This document shows positions 36,068 through 45,959 of a stretch of DNA of 64,000 nucleotides, in pieces. This stretch comes from Candidatus Gottesmanbacteria bacterium. GTDB lineage: Bacteria > Patescibacteriota > Microgenomatia > UBA10105 > UBA927. The DNA is taken from the NCBI GenBank assembly GCA_963711735.1, contig CAVQFA010000003.1, forward strand, positions 470,966 to 534,965, written 5' to 3'. Position 1 is the stretch's first letter. Every line of letters starts with the position of its first letter. The translations under genes and the position numbers were made by a program. Under the pieces are notes generated by a model. It did no database searches. It had not been told where the DNA came from and was given only the letters and a program-made list of their open reading frames with translations.

Positions 36068-37033
36068 ATGGTGAATAAAAATACTATTATTGAATCCATT
36101 CCCAAATGTCTTAAAACAGTAAATATCGTAGGTTCAGGTAGAAAATTCCGGGGAAAAGTCAGGGATTATTATATAACCGGCGATAAACGGATTATGATTA
36201 CCACCGACCGCCAGTCTGCATTTGACGTCAATTTGGGTTATATACCGTTTAAAGGTGCGGTTCTCAACCAACTTTCAGCGTTCTGGTTTGCAAAAACGAA
36301 ACACATCGTAAAAAATCATCTGATTACCGTTACTCATCCGAATGTCATGATTGTCCGTAATTGTAAACCGATTCCCATAGAAATGATTGTCCGCGGATTT
36401 ATATCAGGCGTAACTAAAACGTCAATCTGGTATTCGTATAGTAAAGGTGAGAGATTGATTTACGGTCTGACATTTCCTGATGGTCTCAGAAAAAACCAGC
36501 AGCTTCCAAAACCGGTTATTACTCCGACTACACATGGTGGCGGGAAAGGCGGTCATGACGAACGCTTGACCAAAGAAGAGATTATTAAGCGCCGTATTGT
36601 TGATAAGAAATTATACGAACAGATGGAAAAGGCAGCTTTAGCACTCTTTCATTACGGCAGCAGACTTTGTATGGAAAGAGGATTGATTTTAGTGGACACG
36701 AAGTATGAATTTGGTCTCTATAACGGGAAACTTACTCTGATGGACGAAATTCACACACCGGACTCATCCCGGTTCTGGATAGAAAAGACGTATCTTTCCC
36801 GGTTTGAAAAAGGACAGGAACCGGAAAATTACGATAAGGAATTCCTGCGGTTGTGGTATAAAGAGCGGGGATTTTCCGGTGAAGGTAAACCTCCTGAGAT
36901 GACGGGCAAACTCATAGTCGATCTCGCAAAGAGGTACGTGAATGTTTACGAAATACTGACCGGTAAAATTTTTAAACCATACAAGTATCCCATCAATGAT
37001 GAGATTGCAAAAACTTTGAAACGTATTTTGTGA
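36068..37033 (+). CDS. purC: SAICAR synthetase (long form)
   Basis: GKVRDYY...ITTDRQSAFDV and LSAFWF motifs characteristic of PurC. Confidence 0.85.
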   Translation: MVNKNTIIESIPKCLKTVNIVGSGRKFRGKVRDYYITGDKRIMITTDRQSAFDVNLGYIPFKGAVLNQLSAFWFAKTKHIVKNHLITVTHPNVMIVRNCKPIPIEMIVRGFISGVTKTSIWYSYSKGERLIYGLTFPDGLRKNQQLPKPVITPTTHGGGKGGHDERLTKEEIIKRRIVDKKLYEQMEKAALALFHYGSRLCMERGLILVDTKYEFGLYNGKLTLMDEIHTPDSSRFWIEKTYLSRFEKGQEPENYDKEFLRLWYKERGFSGEGKPPEMTGKLIVDLAKRYVNVYEILTGKIFKPYKYPINDEIAKTLKRIL

Positions 37034-37050
37034 AACGGTTCACATAATGC

Positions 37051-38157
37051 ATGAAAACCAAACATATTTCCTACAGTCATGTCGGTGACAACTATCATAC
37101 CAAAGATCCGATAAAAAAATTTGCACAGGCGTCAGCAGCAAAAACCGGCAGCAATCTGAAATTTCATAAATTTATGGAAATATCCGATACGAGAGGTGAA
37201 TCGGCGTATGTGTGGAAGCAGGGGAAAATTTTCATGGCGTCGGTTATCGAAGGACTTGGTTCCAAGAATCTTGTTGCAGATTCGGTATATTTGTTAACCG
37301 GAAAATCTTATTACGATCATATCGCTCATGATACGGTAGCAACCATCATTAATGATCTGATTTCAACTGGAGCTACACCTCTGGTTATACATGCATATTG
37401 GGCAGTTGAGGATAACAGGTGGTTTAATGATCTCAAAAAAGTTCGAGATTTGGTGAGAGGTTGGAAATCGGCGTGTGATGAAGCGCGCGTTTCCTGGGGC
37501 GGGGGAGAAACCCCGACGCTCAAAGGCATCATTGTTCCCGGTACAATTGAACTTGGAGGATCTGCAGTCGGTACCATCAAATCACCTAAAAGACTAATAA
37601 CTGACAGAAAGTTATTATCCGGTGACCGGATACTTTTCGTTCAAAGCGCCGGTATCAATGCCAATGGGTTGTCCCTTGCACGGGCTGTCGCAGGAGAGCT
37701 TTCAGATGGGTACCGAACAAAAATTAACAAATCAAAATCATTCGGAGAAGCGCTTCTTACGAAATCACATATTTATGCCGGTCTTCTGGAGAAATTATCC
37801 GAAGGAGGAGTGAATCTTCACTACATATCACACATCACAGGGCATGGTTTGAGAAAAATCATGCGTGCCAGAAAGGAATATTCATACATAATAGAAAACA
37901 TTTTTGATCCACAGGAAGAATTTTTATTTATCCAAAAACATGCGGGTCTCTCTGACCGGGAAATGTACGGGACATTTAATATGGGTATGGATTATGCGTT
38001 GTTTTTACCCGGGAAAGATATTGATAACGCACAAAAAATAATACGTGCTGCCGGATATAATAGTATCCCGGCCGGGTACGTCAGTCGTGGCAGAAGACGC
38101 GTTATTATAAAACCTAAAAATATTGAATATGCGTCAGACGAACTGGACTTGAGATAA
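37051..38157 (+). CDS. purM: AIR synthetase (phosphoribosylformylglycinamidine cyclo-ligase)
   Basis: Blocks conserved with E. coli PurM: EGLGSKNLVA, WGGGETP, AGINANGLSL, HITGHG, MYGTFNMG. Confidence 0.8.
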   Translation: MKTKHISYSHVGDNYHTKDPIKKFAQASAAKTGSNLKFHKFMEISDTRGESAYVWKQGKIFMASVIEGLGSKNLVADSVYLLTGKSYYDHIAHDTVATIINDLISTGATPLVIHAYWAVEDNRWFNDLKKVRDLVRGWKSACDEARVSWGGGETPTLKGIIVPGTIELGGSAVGTIKSPKRLITDRKLLSGDRILFVQSAGINANGLSLARAVAGELSDGYRTKINKSKSFGEALLTKSHIYAGLLEKLSEGGVNLHYISHITGHGLRKIMRARKEYSYIIENIFDPQEEFLFIQKHAGLSDREMYGTFNMGMDYALFLPGKDIDNAQKIIRAAGYNSIPAGYVSRGRRRVIIKPKNIEYASDELDLR

Positions 38158-38192
38158 TAAAGTTATGTTTCTGACGGGATAAAACACAAGTT

Positions 38193-39671
38193 CTACTGCT
38201 GATACCGGTAGAGGTACGCTGTACCGATCGATTTTTCAAGTCTGATAACACCGGCTTTTTCCATATTGTTTACGGCAGACAGGAAATTTTCAGGAGATTC
38301 CAGCAATTGAGTAAGCCATTGCGTTTGATCAGTGTTAACTATCATATACTCAGGTGATCCGGCACTATCCAACCACCAGCATGATGTTTGTCCGCATACG
38401 GAATCTTTCCTGTCATGAATTCTAGGATATAACAGATAGATATATTGTCTGTGACTTAAATGCGGGACTATATGTTGTGTTGCGGCAACGCTGGCGTTCT
38501 TCGGAACGTACTGAAGCAATGCATCAGTGTCTTTCATCCATTGAGAATGGTTCCAATATACTGATTTTATCAGTTTATTGAGGGGAAAATGAAAGACATA
38601 CTGCTGTATGAATGCTGAAATAATCAATATACATGCAAATATGGACAAAGATATTTTTTTTCTATTTAAATATGAAAAAACTTCAAGCGTTCCTAGAGCA
38701 AGAAATACTGCCAGTATTGCTCTGTGGTGCATATACGGGCTCCACATACGGGAAAACTCCGGTCCTGTTACGAAATACTGGGAAAGATCCAGCAGTATCG
38801 CTGATACTGCACCGATAGAAAAAAATGGAATACCCGTGAATGACAGAAATGTATACAGAAGCACTGATTGTTTTTCCGGGGAGTTAACGAACTGTTGAAA
38901 AATAATGACTGGATTTGCTGATAACCGTGGAACATATTCGTATCCGACGGGTGACAATCGGCTGATTATAGACATTGCAATGATTGAGTATGATAATCCG
39001 CCTATTATAAATGCAGCACCTACCTTTCTGTACGTCCTGTTTAAAAGATAGATACACCCAAGACATGCAAGGGCTATTCCCATATTTTCCTGTGTGAGTA
39101 GTGAAAGGATCAGAAATATCCAGAATAATGTACGTTTTTTTGTTTCAAGAAAGTATGCAAGCCATACAAGGAGTCCTGTACCGATAATTATCGGATGAAA
39201 ATCAAAAAAGACACCATATTGGATACCGTAAAACAGAGTATATACAATGCTTACGCTTAAAGATACAAATTTTGAAAAGCCGCGGTTTTGCGTCAATTTA
39301 TATATTGCCATTCCCGAAAAAGCAATCCAGACAGCCTGAAAAATGAGAATCATCCGTACATCTGACCATATCCAGTAAAGCGGAGAGAGAAGCGGGAGTG
39401 TCAGGGTAAGATGGTCGGCAAGTACCAAGCGGTCTTTAACGGAACTATACGGATAGGTAAATTTTGAATATTGCCAAACAGATTGATCATATAATCCCAA
39501 ATCATACGCTCCGGATTGATAATTAGTGTGCCTGACTATTGATAATATACAGAAAAGGACGGCAATACCGCATACCCACAAGAGAATTATTGTAAATGCG
39601 CGCCTCTCTATCAAAGTTTCAATTCTTCTTAGTAATACATTGAATTGTATCGGTAAGCGTTTTTGTGCCAT
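38193..39671 (-). CDS. polytopic integral membrane protein (about 12 TM; GT-C-like / DUF2079-like)
   Basis: 492 aa with many hydrophobic helices. Family assignment is tentative. Confidence 0.4.
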   Translation of the reverse strand: MAQKRLPIQFNVLLRRIETLIERRAFTIILLWVCGIAVLFCILSIVRHTNYQSGAYDLGLYDQSVWQYSKFTYPYSSVKDRLVLADHLTLTLPLLSPLYWIWSDVRMILIFQAVWIAFSGMAIYKLTQNRGFSKFVSLSVSIVYTLFYGIQYGVFFDFHPIIIGTGLLVWLAYFLETKKRTLFWIFLILSLLTQENMGIALACLGCIYLLNRTYRKVGAAFIIGGLSYSIIAMSIISRLSPVGYEYVPRLSANPVIIFQQFVNSPEKQSVLLYTFLSFTGIPFFSIGAVSAILLDLSQYFVTGPEFSRMWSPYMHHRAILAVFLALGTLEVFSYLNRKKISLSIFACILIISAFIQQYVFHFPLNKLIKSVYWNHSQWMKDTDALLQYVPKNASVAATQHIVPHLSHRQYIYLLYPRIHDRKDSVCGQTSCWWLDSAGSPEYMIVNTDQTQWLTQLLESPENFLSAVNNMEKAGVIRLEKSIGTAYLYRYQQ

Positions 39672-39701
39672 GAATAAATCCTAAAACATCAGATTCTTCT
39701 T

Positions 39702-40820
39702 ATGTATAATACAATATACGATATGACAAAAAAATCCACTTTTATTGTATCCGGTTTAGACTCTCACGCAACACAAGAGAAGAAAGATCAAACCATACGG
39801 AACGTATTTTTGGAATCAACCAATAACGTTTCATGGCTTACCAAAGGTCAGACGGTTCTTTTAAAACCCGCATTGAACTCTCCCGATCCTTATCCGGCAA
39901 CTACAGACCCGGACGCTGTGAGGGTTGTAGCACAGGAACTGACCAAACGCGGTGCACGGGTTGTCATCGGCGATCAGTCGGGGATAGGTCATGTTCTTCA
40001 TACACCCTCAGGTGTTATGCGGGGATCGACCCGGGTATGCTATCACGCAAGCGGCATGAGTAAAGGAATGGATGCGTATCCGTTTGTTGCATTTGAAGAA
40101 AACGGGTGGAATACCGGTTTTGTAAAATTTACTTCAAAGAATTGTTCTGCCTGGACTCATGGGTACTACATCAGCCGGTGCGTGGGTGAGGCGGATCATA
40201 TTGTCAACCTGCCAAGGATAAGCACTCACGGCCAGGCAGGTGTCACAATCGGTTTTAAAAATTATGTCGGAATCCTGCGTGATGACAGCAGGCTTGAATT
40301 TCACGATACCGGTCCGTTTGCATCCATGATGAGTGTTAAAAACAGGAAGTCAGGTACACCGGTACAAAGGGATGTATTTATAAGAAAAATTACCCAAATA
40401 TTCGAATCGGTTAAAGATAAAGTCCGTCTCACTCTCGTATCATCCGTATGTGCTCAGGTGACAGGAGGTCCTGATAAAACATCAGCAGGTTTATGGAATT
40501 CTTATGTTTCCAAGCCGGATGCCGGACTTATCTACGCCTCATCCGATCCTGTTGCTGTGGAAGCATTTGGTATTGCCGATTTATATACCCTGCAGTCACG
40601 TATTCCTCATTATCAGAAAATTTGCCAAATTGCTCTCGGGATTATAAATCCACTCAGTTCTCTTTTGGATGAAGGACGTGTCAGGAATAATCTTTTTGTG
40701 AAATATGGTTTAGAGGCTCATTACGGAATCTGCGCAAATAGAATTACAGTGCTTCATAACAATCAGAAGTATAACGAGAGAATAGATGAAATCAGAAGTT
40801 TGTTGCGGTTGCCGGTATAG
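39702..40820 (+). CDS. DUF362 domain-containing protein
   Basis: VLLKPALNSPDPYPATTDPDAVRVVAQEL matches the DUF362 N-terminal region. Confidence 0.55.
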   Translation: MYNTIYDMTKKSTFIVSGLDSHATQEKKDQTIRNVFLESTNNVSWLTKGQTVLLKPALNSPDPYPATTDPDAVRVVAQELTKRGARVVIGDQSGIGHVLHTPSGVMRGSTRVCYHASGMSKGMDAYPFVAFEENGWNTGFVKFTSKNCSAWTHGYYISRCVGEADHIVNLPRISTHGQAGVTIGFKNYVGILRDDSRLEFHDTGPFASMMSVKNRKSGTPVQRDVFIRKITQIFESVKDKVRLTLVSSVCAQVTGGPDKTSAGLWNSYVSKPDAGLIYASSDPVAVEAFGIADLYTLQSRIPHYQKICQIALGIINPLSSLLDEGRVRNNLFVKYGLEAHYGICANRITVLHNNQKYNERIDEIRSLLRLPV

Positions 40821-40848
40821 AAATGTACAATAAAGGAGGGTGAATGAT

Positions 40849-41223
40849 ATGTCCGATTCCCGGAAAAAAATCCTTATCATCGAAGACGATACTACCCTTC
40901 AGGCAGTCTATAAAACACGATTTGAACACGAAGGGTATGCCGTTATTCAGGCATTTAACGGTCATTTAGGATATGCATACGCCTCTGAACATAAACCCGA
41001 CCTTATTCTTCTCGATATCATGCTTCCGGAGGGTATGAACGGATTTGATGTGTTATCACAATTGAAACAGAACATGGAATTACAGCGTATTCCGGTCATA
41101 CTCCTTTCTAATTTGGATTCGGAAAAGGAATCCGGAGCTGCCATGGGAGCAGTTGATTACGTAGTAAAGGCAAATACATCCATAGACGAGCTTATTTCTA
41201 AGGTGAAATCTCATTTATCATAA
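40849..41223 (+). CDS. stand-alone response regulator receiver (CheY-like) domain protein
   Basis: KILIIEDD...LILLDIMLPEGMNGFDVL...VVK, with phospho-acceptor Asp. SD GGAGGG 8 nt upstream of the ATG at 40849. Confidence 0.8.
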   Translation: MSDSRKKILIIEDDTTLQAVYKTRFEHEGYAVIQAFNGHLGYAYASEHKPDLILLDIMLPEGMNGFDVLSQLKQNMELQRIPVILLSNLDSEKESGAAMGAVDYVVKANTSIDELISKVKSHLS

Positions 41224-41240
41224 ATACCCGATAGAGCCAA

Positions 41241-42371
41241 TTGACGCTTATTTCTTCCGGGATGTATAATGGAATCGTGCGTAAGACTCTCGACCAGCTT
41301 CCGATTCATGACTTTTTCTATTATTCCCGCGGTCGATTCAATGCCATCACAGACGTTCCCGGTATCAAAGTAGGCCATTCAACCATTATAGAAGGGGATA
41401 ATATCCGTACCGGAGTGACTATAGTAATGCCGCTTGATGATTATATGAAAAGCAAGATGATCGCAGGTGGGTTTATACTTAACGGGAACGGTGAAACGCT
41501 TGGATTGGCATATATCATGGAAGAAGCCCGGTTAACGAGTCCGATTTTTTTGACAAACACATATTCCGTCGGTGATGTTGCAAATGCCGTTATCCATTAT
41601 TATAACGGCGCCATACAGCTTCCGATTGTAGCTGAGTGCTGGGACGGTTATCTAAATGACATAGACGGACGATACGTTCAAGCAGAACACGTGAGACAGG
41701 CGATAGAAACAGCCTCGAGCGGTCCTGTCCATCAGGGGTGCGTCGGCGCGGGGACGGGAATGACGGCATTCGGTTTTAAAGCAGGGATCGGAACATCCTC
41801 ACGAACGATAACATTACTTGGTAAGGAATATACCATTGGTGTTTTGGTAAACAATAATTTAGGAAATGAAGTAGGGCATCACAGATATTTGCGTATAGGG
41901 GGAGTTGATATCGGCAAATTATATACGGAAATGGAGCGGGAAGGGGAAGCAACGGATTCTTCAGAGTCGCAACAATCTTCTACGATTTGTGTAATTGCGA
42001 CAGACATACCTCTGGTTCAGAATCAGTTAAACCGCCTTTCTAAACGGGCAGTCCTCGGTATGGGCAGGATGGGAGTTGTATCATATACAGACAGCGGTGA
42101 TTTTATTCTTGCTTTTACTACTGCAAATAAACCACCGAAGCGCGGAACGGACGTTTTATGGGAAGCGCAGATGGTAGAAGAGAAGATGTTGGATGATATT
42201 TTTGAAGCGACTATCGAAGCAGTGGAAGAGTCATATATCAATTCTCTCCTGACTGCAACAGACATGACCGGAAGGGACGGACATATTATGAAAGCTCTGC
42301 CCATTGAGCTGTTTATCAAAAAAGGTATGTTTCCGAAACCCTGGAAGAAATCCGAGCTTCTGTCCGGATAG
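41241..42371 (+). CDS. P1-family peptidase (S58, DmpA/L-aminopeptidase-like, Ntn hydrolase)
   Basis: VGAGTGMTAFGFKAGIGTSS glycine-rich motif with Ser nucleophile typical of the DmpA family. Confidence 0.6.
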   Translation: MTLISSGMYNGIVRKTLDQLPIHDFFYYSRGRFNAITDVPGIKVGHSTIIEGDNIRTGVTIVMPLDDYMKSKMIAGGFILNGNGETLGLAYIMEEARLTSPIFLTNTYSVGDVANAVIHYYNGAIQLPIVAECWDGYLNDIDGRYVQAEHVRQAIETASSGPVHQGCVGAGTGMTAFGFKAGIGTSSRTITLLGKEYTIGVLVNNNLGNEVGHHRYLRIGGVDIGKLYTEMEREGEATDSSESQQSSTICVIATDIPLVQNQLNRLSKRAVLGMGRMGVVSYTDSGDFILAFTTANKPPKRGTDVLWEAQMVEEKMLDDIFEATIEAVEESYINSLLTATDMTGRDGHIMKALPIELFIKKGMFPKPWKKSELLSG

Positions 42372-42376
42372 GATTT

Positions 42377-43588
42377 CTATTCGTATCGGATCGCTTCCAT
42401 AGGAGACAGTTCAGCTGCGCGTTTAGCCGGCATCACGCCAAACACAACCCCGACAAGTGAAGAGACCCCGAGTGCAACGATGACGGTTGTTGTATCGATA
42501 TACGCCGGAAACAGACTTTGCATAGCCAATACTATTACGTATGAAACGACAAGACCTAAAAATCCGCCAAAAATGGATAAAAGAACGGATTCAGCCAGAA
42601 ATTGATATAAAATGTCGCTTCTTCTTGCTCCTATTGCCCTTCTGATTCCGATCTCGCGGATCCGTTCCACTACGGAAACATACATGATATTCATAATTCC
42701 TACCCCGCCCACAACGAGGGATATTGCCGCTATCGCAACAAGTATGGTATTTAAAATATTAAAAATGGAATTGATTGTGTTGAGAATTTCAGTCGGTTCA
42801 ATAACAGAAAATTCGTCTGTTTTGTAGCGCTTCAGAAGAATTTTTTTGGCATCGGTCTTGATTTGGGCCATCGAATCTTCTGAATCGGCTTTAATATAGA
42901 TTGCATAGTAGGTTTTATCCGGATTGAAACTGGATGCAGCTTTAACCGGTATATATACATGTTCATCTACACTGGGAGTACCTAATCCACCGCCTCCGCC
43001 TTTGGATACGGCAACACCGACTACCCGGAATGCCTGTGTTTCAATTTTTATGATTTTACCCAAAGCATCGTCAGCAGTTCCGAACAGCTGTTCGGCAGTT
43101 TTTGATCCGAGAACTGCCACTTTTGCGCCTTTATCGGCGTCGCTTTTTTCAAACAACCGGCCAATGTCCGCTTCAATGTTCATCACGGGAAACATATCTG
43201 CTGTTGATGCAGCGATTTCGACGGATTTTGAGTCTATCTGACCCTGAATTTTAGAAAATTTTATGAAAAAAGGTACCGTGTATTCGGAATTTTTAATTTT
43301 TTTAAGTGATGCTACATCTTTATCGTCAAAACGGATTCCACCTACCATACTGCCACCCATTCCGCTCATATCCCCTCCGGACATATCTCCCGGCATGATA
43401 AATACGGTATTAGAACCCATACTTTCGAATTGTTGCTGGATATAACGTTTAAGCCCCAGACCCATTGCTATCAGAAGAACGACTGAGGAAATGCCGATAA
43501 ATATGCCAAGCGATGTAAGAAAGGTACGCAGTTTATTGCGACGGAAATCATCCAACGCTGTTTTTATGATAAACGTAAAATTATTCAT
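42377..43588 (-). CDS. ABC transporter permease, MacB/FtsX-like family
   Basis: N-terminal TM, a large periplasmic domain and the C-terminal FtsX 3-TM module. Confidence 0.8.
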   Translation of the reverse strand: MNNFTFIIKTALDDFRRNKLRTFLTSLGIFIGISSVVLLIAMGLGLKRYIQQQFESMGSNTVFIMPGDMSGGDMSGMGGSMVGGIRFDDKDVASLKKIKNSEYTVPFFIKFSKIQGQIDSKSVEIAASTADMFPVMNIEADIGRLFEKSDADKGAKVAVLGSKTAEQLFGTADDALGKIIKIETQAFRVVGVAVSKGGGGGLGTPSVDEHVYIPVKAASSFNPDKTYYAIYIKADSEDSMAQIKTDAKKILLKRYKTDEFSVIEPTEILNTINSIFNILNTILVAIAAISLVVGGVGIMNIMYVSVVERIREIGIRRAIGARRSDILYQFLAESVLLSIFGGFLGLVVSYVIVLAMQSLFPAYIDTTTVIVALGVSSLVGVVFGVMPAKRAAELSPMEAIRYE

Positions 43589-43590
43589 AA

Positions 43591-44260
43591 TTACTCAATG
43601 ATTTTTCCGTCCCGTATATGAATCTGACGACGGGTTCTGTCCGCTACGTCTTTCTCATGGGTAACAAGAACTATTGTGACATGTTCTTTTTTATTGAGAT
43701 CTTCCAATAGATCCAGAATTGCATTACCGTTTGCAGTATCCAGATTGCCCGTAGGTTCGTCAGCGAGTATCAGATCCGGTTTCATCATAAGCGCCCGGGC
43801 GATAGATACGCGCTGCTGCTGGCCCCCGGAAATTTTATTCGGAAAAGAGTAAGCTTTTTCTTTGATACCGAAATGTCCGAATCAGTTCCATCGCACGTTC
43901 TTTTGGGTCGAAATCAAGCTTCCGTCTCGCGTATATCGTAGGCAAAAGAATGTTTTCAAGATTCGTAAGTTTATTTATTAAATTAAATTGCTGGAAAACA
44001 AAACCGACGAATTCACTCCGCAGAGTCGAAAGTTCATTGTCGGATAAATGAGATATGTCTTTTCCGTTCACAGTAATATCACCACGTGTGGGTTGATCCA
44101 AAAGTCCGATGATATGCATGAGTGTTGATTTTCCCGAACCGGAAGGTCCCAAAATTGCAGAATATTCACCTTTTTGTATACTCAGGGAAACATTATCAAG
44201 CGCCCGAAAAAGTTCACCGCCTATATCGTATTCTTTGAAGATTTTCGAGAGTTTAATCAT
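43591..44260 (-). pseudogene. ABC transporter ATP-binding protein (MacB/LolD-type) interrupted by a frameshift around 43862-43885
   Basis: The N-terminal ORF 43835-44260 carries Walker A (GPSGSGKST). The C-terminal ORF 43591-43788 carries Walker B and the H-loop. The signature LSGGQQQRV is readable in the C-terminal frame upstream of its Met. The two frames are joined only by a 1-nt shift. Confidence 0.65.
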
Positions 44261-45287
44261 ACACTACATCACCCTCTGATATCCCCCCGATGATTTCCGT
44301 GTCAGCGTCAAAATCCTCTCCTGTTTCAATATATTTTTTTTGTTTTTTCTTGTCCCCGTTTGTTGTCGCGTACACAAACTTTTTTTCATCATCCTGTTTG
44401 ATAAATGAAGTCGGAATGGATAGGATATTGTTTTTTGTTTTTATTGTAAACGTTGCATCCGCAGTCATATCTATTCTATAAGTGTTATCGGTATTTTCTG
44501 TCGGAAATATGACTTTAACGTCGTATACGGTTCCTGTTTCGCCGGTTTTCGGAATAAATGAAATTGTATCTATCGTTCCGCTGACAGACGCATCGGGAAA
44601 TGCATCCATGGTAATTTCCGCGATCATGCCTTTATGAAGTTTTATTACTTCGTTTTGATCTGCAGATACGGATAAGTAGACAGTCCGGGGGTTTATCACC
44701 TCAAACTCTGCAGTTGCCGGAGTAATGTTCATTCCGGTATACGGTGCGTCAATCTTCGTAATAATTCCGTCTATCGGTGTCCAGAGTGAAGCGTATTCCA
44801 CACTTAAATTCTGGAGTTCCACGTCCAAAACGCTGTTATTGAGATCAAATTGTGATTTTTCCAGAATTCGTTTAATAGTGTCGTCTTTAATTGTATTTTT
44901 ATAGTCATCTTTTGTCTGTTCAAAATCCCATCGTTCCGAAAGGTACGTATTTAATTTTTTTTCAAGGGTTTTTTTCACATCCCGCTGATCTAAGGAAGCA
45001 ATAGTCTGAAATTTTTTCACTGCGTCGCCTTCTTTTACACCAACCCAGGTAAGACGTCCTGATGTTTGGAACCGGAGAATAATTCTTTCCCGTGCATCTA
45101 TTTTGCCGGAAAGTGTGAGAGTCTGGATCAGATTTTTACGCCCGACTGTATATGAAGTAATTTTTTTCTTTGAACCGTTCGTCTGCACGGATTGATTATT
45201 CCGGATATAAAAATATCCGCCTATTAAGGCGACTGCGGCAATAAGTATGAAATATTTATTGAATAATATTTTCTTCAACACAGCCAT
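44253..45287 (-). CDS. efflux transporter periplasmic adaptor subunit (HlyD/MacA-like)
   Basis: N-terminal TM anchor, coiled-coil hairpin and beta-barrel regions. Overlaps the ATPase gene start by 8 nt. Confidence 0.7.
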   Translation of the reverse strand: MAVLKKILFNKYFILIAAVALIGGYFYIRNNQSVQTNGSKKKITSYTVGRKNLIQTLTLSGKIDARERIILRFQTSGRLTWVGVKEGDAVKKFQTIASLDQRDVKKTLEKKLNTYLSERWDFEQTKDDYKNTIKDDTIKRILEKSQFDLNNSVLDVELQNLSVEYASLWTPIDGIITKIDAPYTGMNITPATAEFEVINPRTVYLSVSADQNEVIKLHKGMIAEITMDAFPDASVSGTIDTISFIPKTGETGTVYDVKVIFPTENTDNTYRIDMTADATFTIKTKNNILSIPTSFIKQDDEKKFVYATTNGDKKKQKKYIETGEDFDADTEIIGGISEGDVVYD

Positions 45288-45291
45288 ATGA

Positions 45292-45903
45292 TTATATCAT
45301 GGGTATAGTTTTATGCTTCAGTGCGGTTGAAACGAAAATATTTCGATGATATCTGCATACCCCGTGCATGATTATCGCCTTTATGTGTTCTTCGGTTCCG
45401 TACCCTGCGTTTTTGTGCCATACATATTCCGGATACAACTCACCTATGCGTTTCATAAATGTATCACGGGTGACTTTGGCTACTATACCTGCAAGGATAA
45501 CGGCGGGAATTATCCTATCCGCATGCGGAACGGATGTCACATGATGATTTGTCGACGTGATACGGTAATTACCGTCTATTATGACTTTATCGCAGGGTTT
45601 TACATTTGTAAGCAAACGGATAAATATGTTTCTGTTTGTCCATCCGATTCCTTTTGCATTTATAGTTGTAACTCTTGAAACGTATATAAAATAAGTAATT
45701 TTGAGTGTTTGTATTAAATCCATCACTGCATTTCGTTGTTTGCGGGAAAGAGTTTTACTGTCACGTATGACGATACCCGATTGAAACAGGTTTTTTTCCA
45801 TTGTATGCGGTAAAATCACGGCTGCTGCAACCAGAGGACCTGCAAGCGCTCCTCTACCTGCTTCATCCATACCGCAAACAGTGTGATTTTTTATGAATGC
45901 CAT
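45292..45903 (-). CDS. rnhB: ribonuclease HII
   Basis: CGMDEAGRGALAGPLVAAAV active-site region. The ORF is open to 45948, but Met 45903 (MAFIKN...) gives a canonical N-terminus. Confidence 0.8.
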   Translation of the reverse strand: MAFIKNHTVCGMDEAGRGALAGPLVAAAVILPHTMEKNLFQSGIVIRDSKTLSRKQRNAVMDLIQTLKITYFIYVSRVTTINAKGIGWTNRNIFIRLLTNVKPCDKVIIDGNYRITSTNHHVTSVPHADRIIPAVILAGIVAKVTRDTFMKRIGELYPEYVWHKNAGYGTEEHIKAIIMHGVCRYHRNIFVSTALKHKTIPMI

Positions 45904-45959
45904 ATTTATATAATCGCGGGTGTTGACAAAAATAATACTATAGTGCAATATTAATTGCT

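Noticed and set aside
45904-45959. N-terminal extension of rnhB to 45948
   Set aside because: The extended N-terminus (MHYSIIFVNTRDYIN) reads like translated AT-rich promoter DNA and contains a TTGACA box for the divergent gene. Met 45903 gives a canonical RNase HII start.
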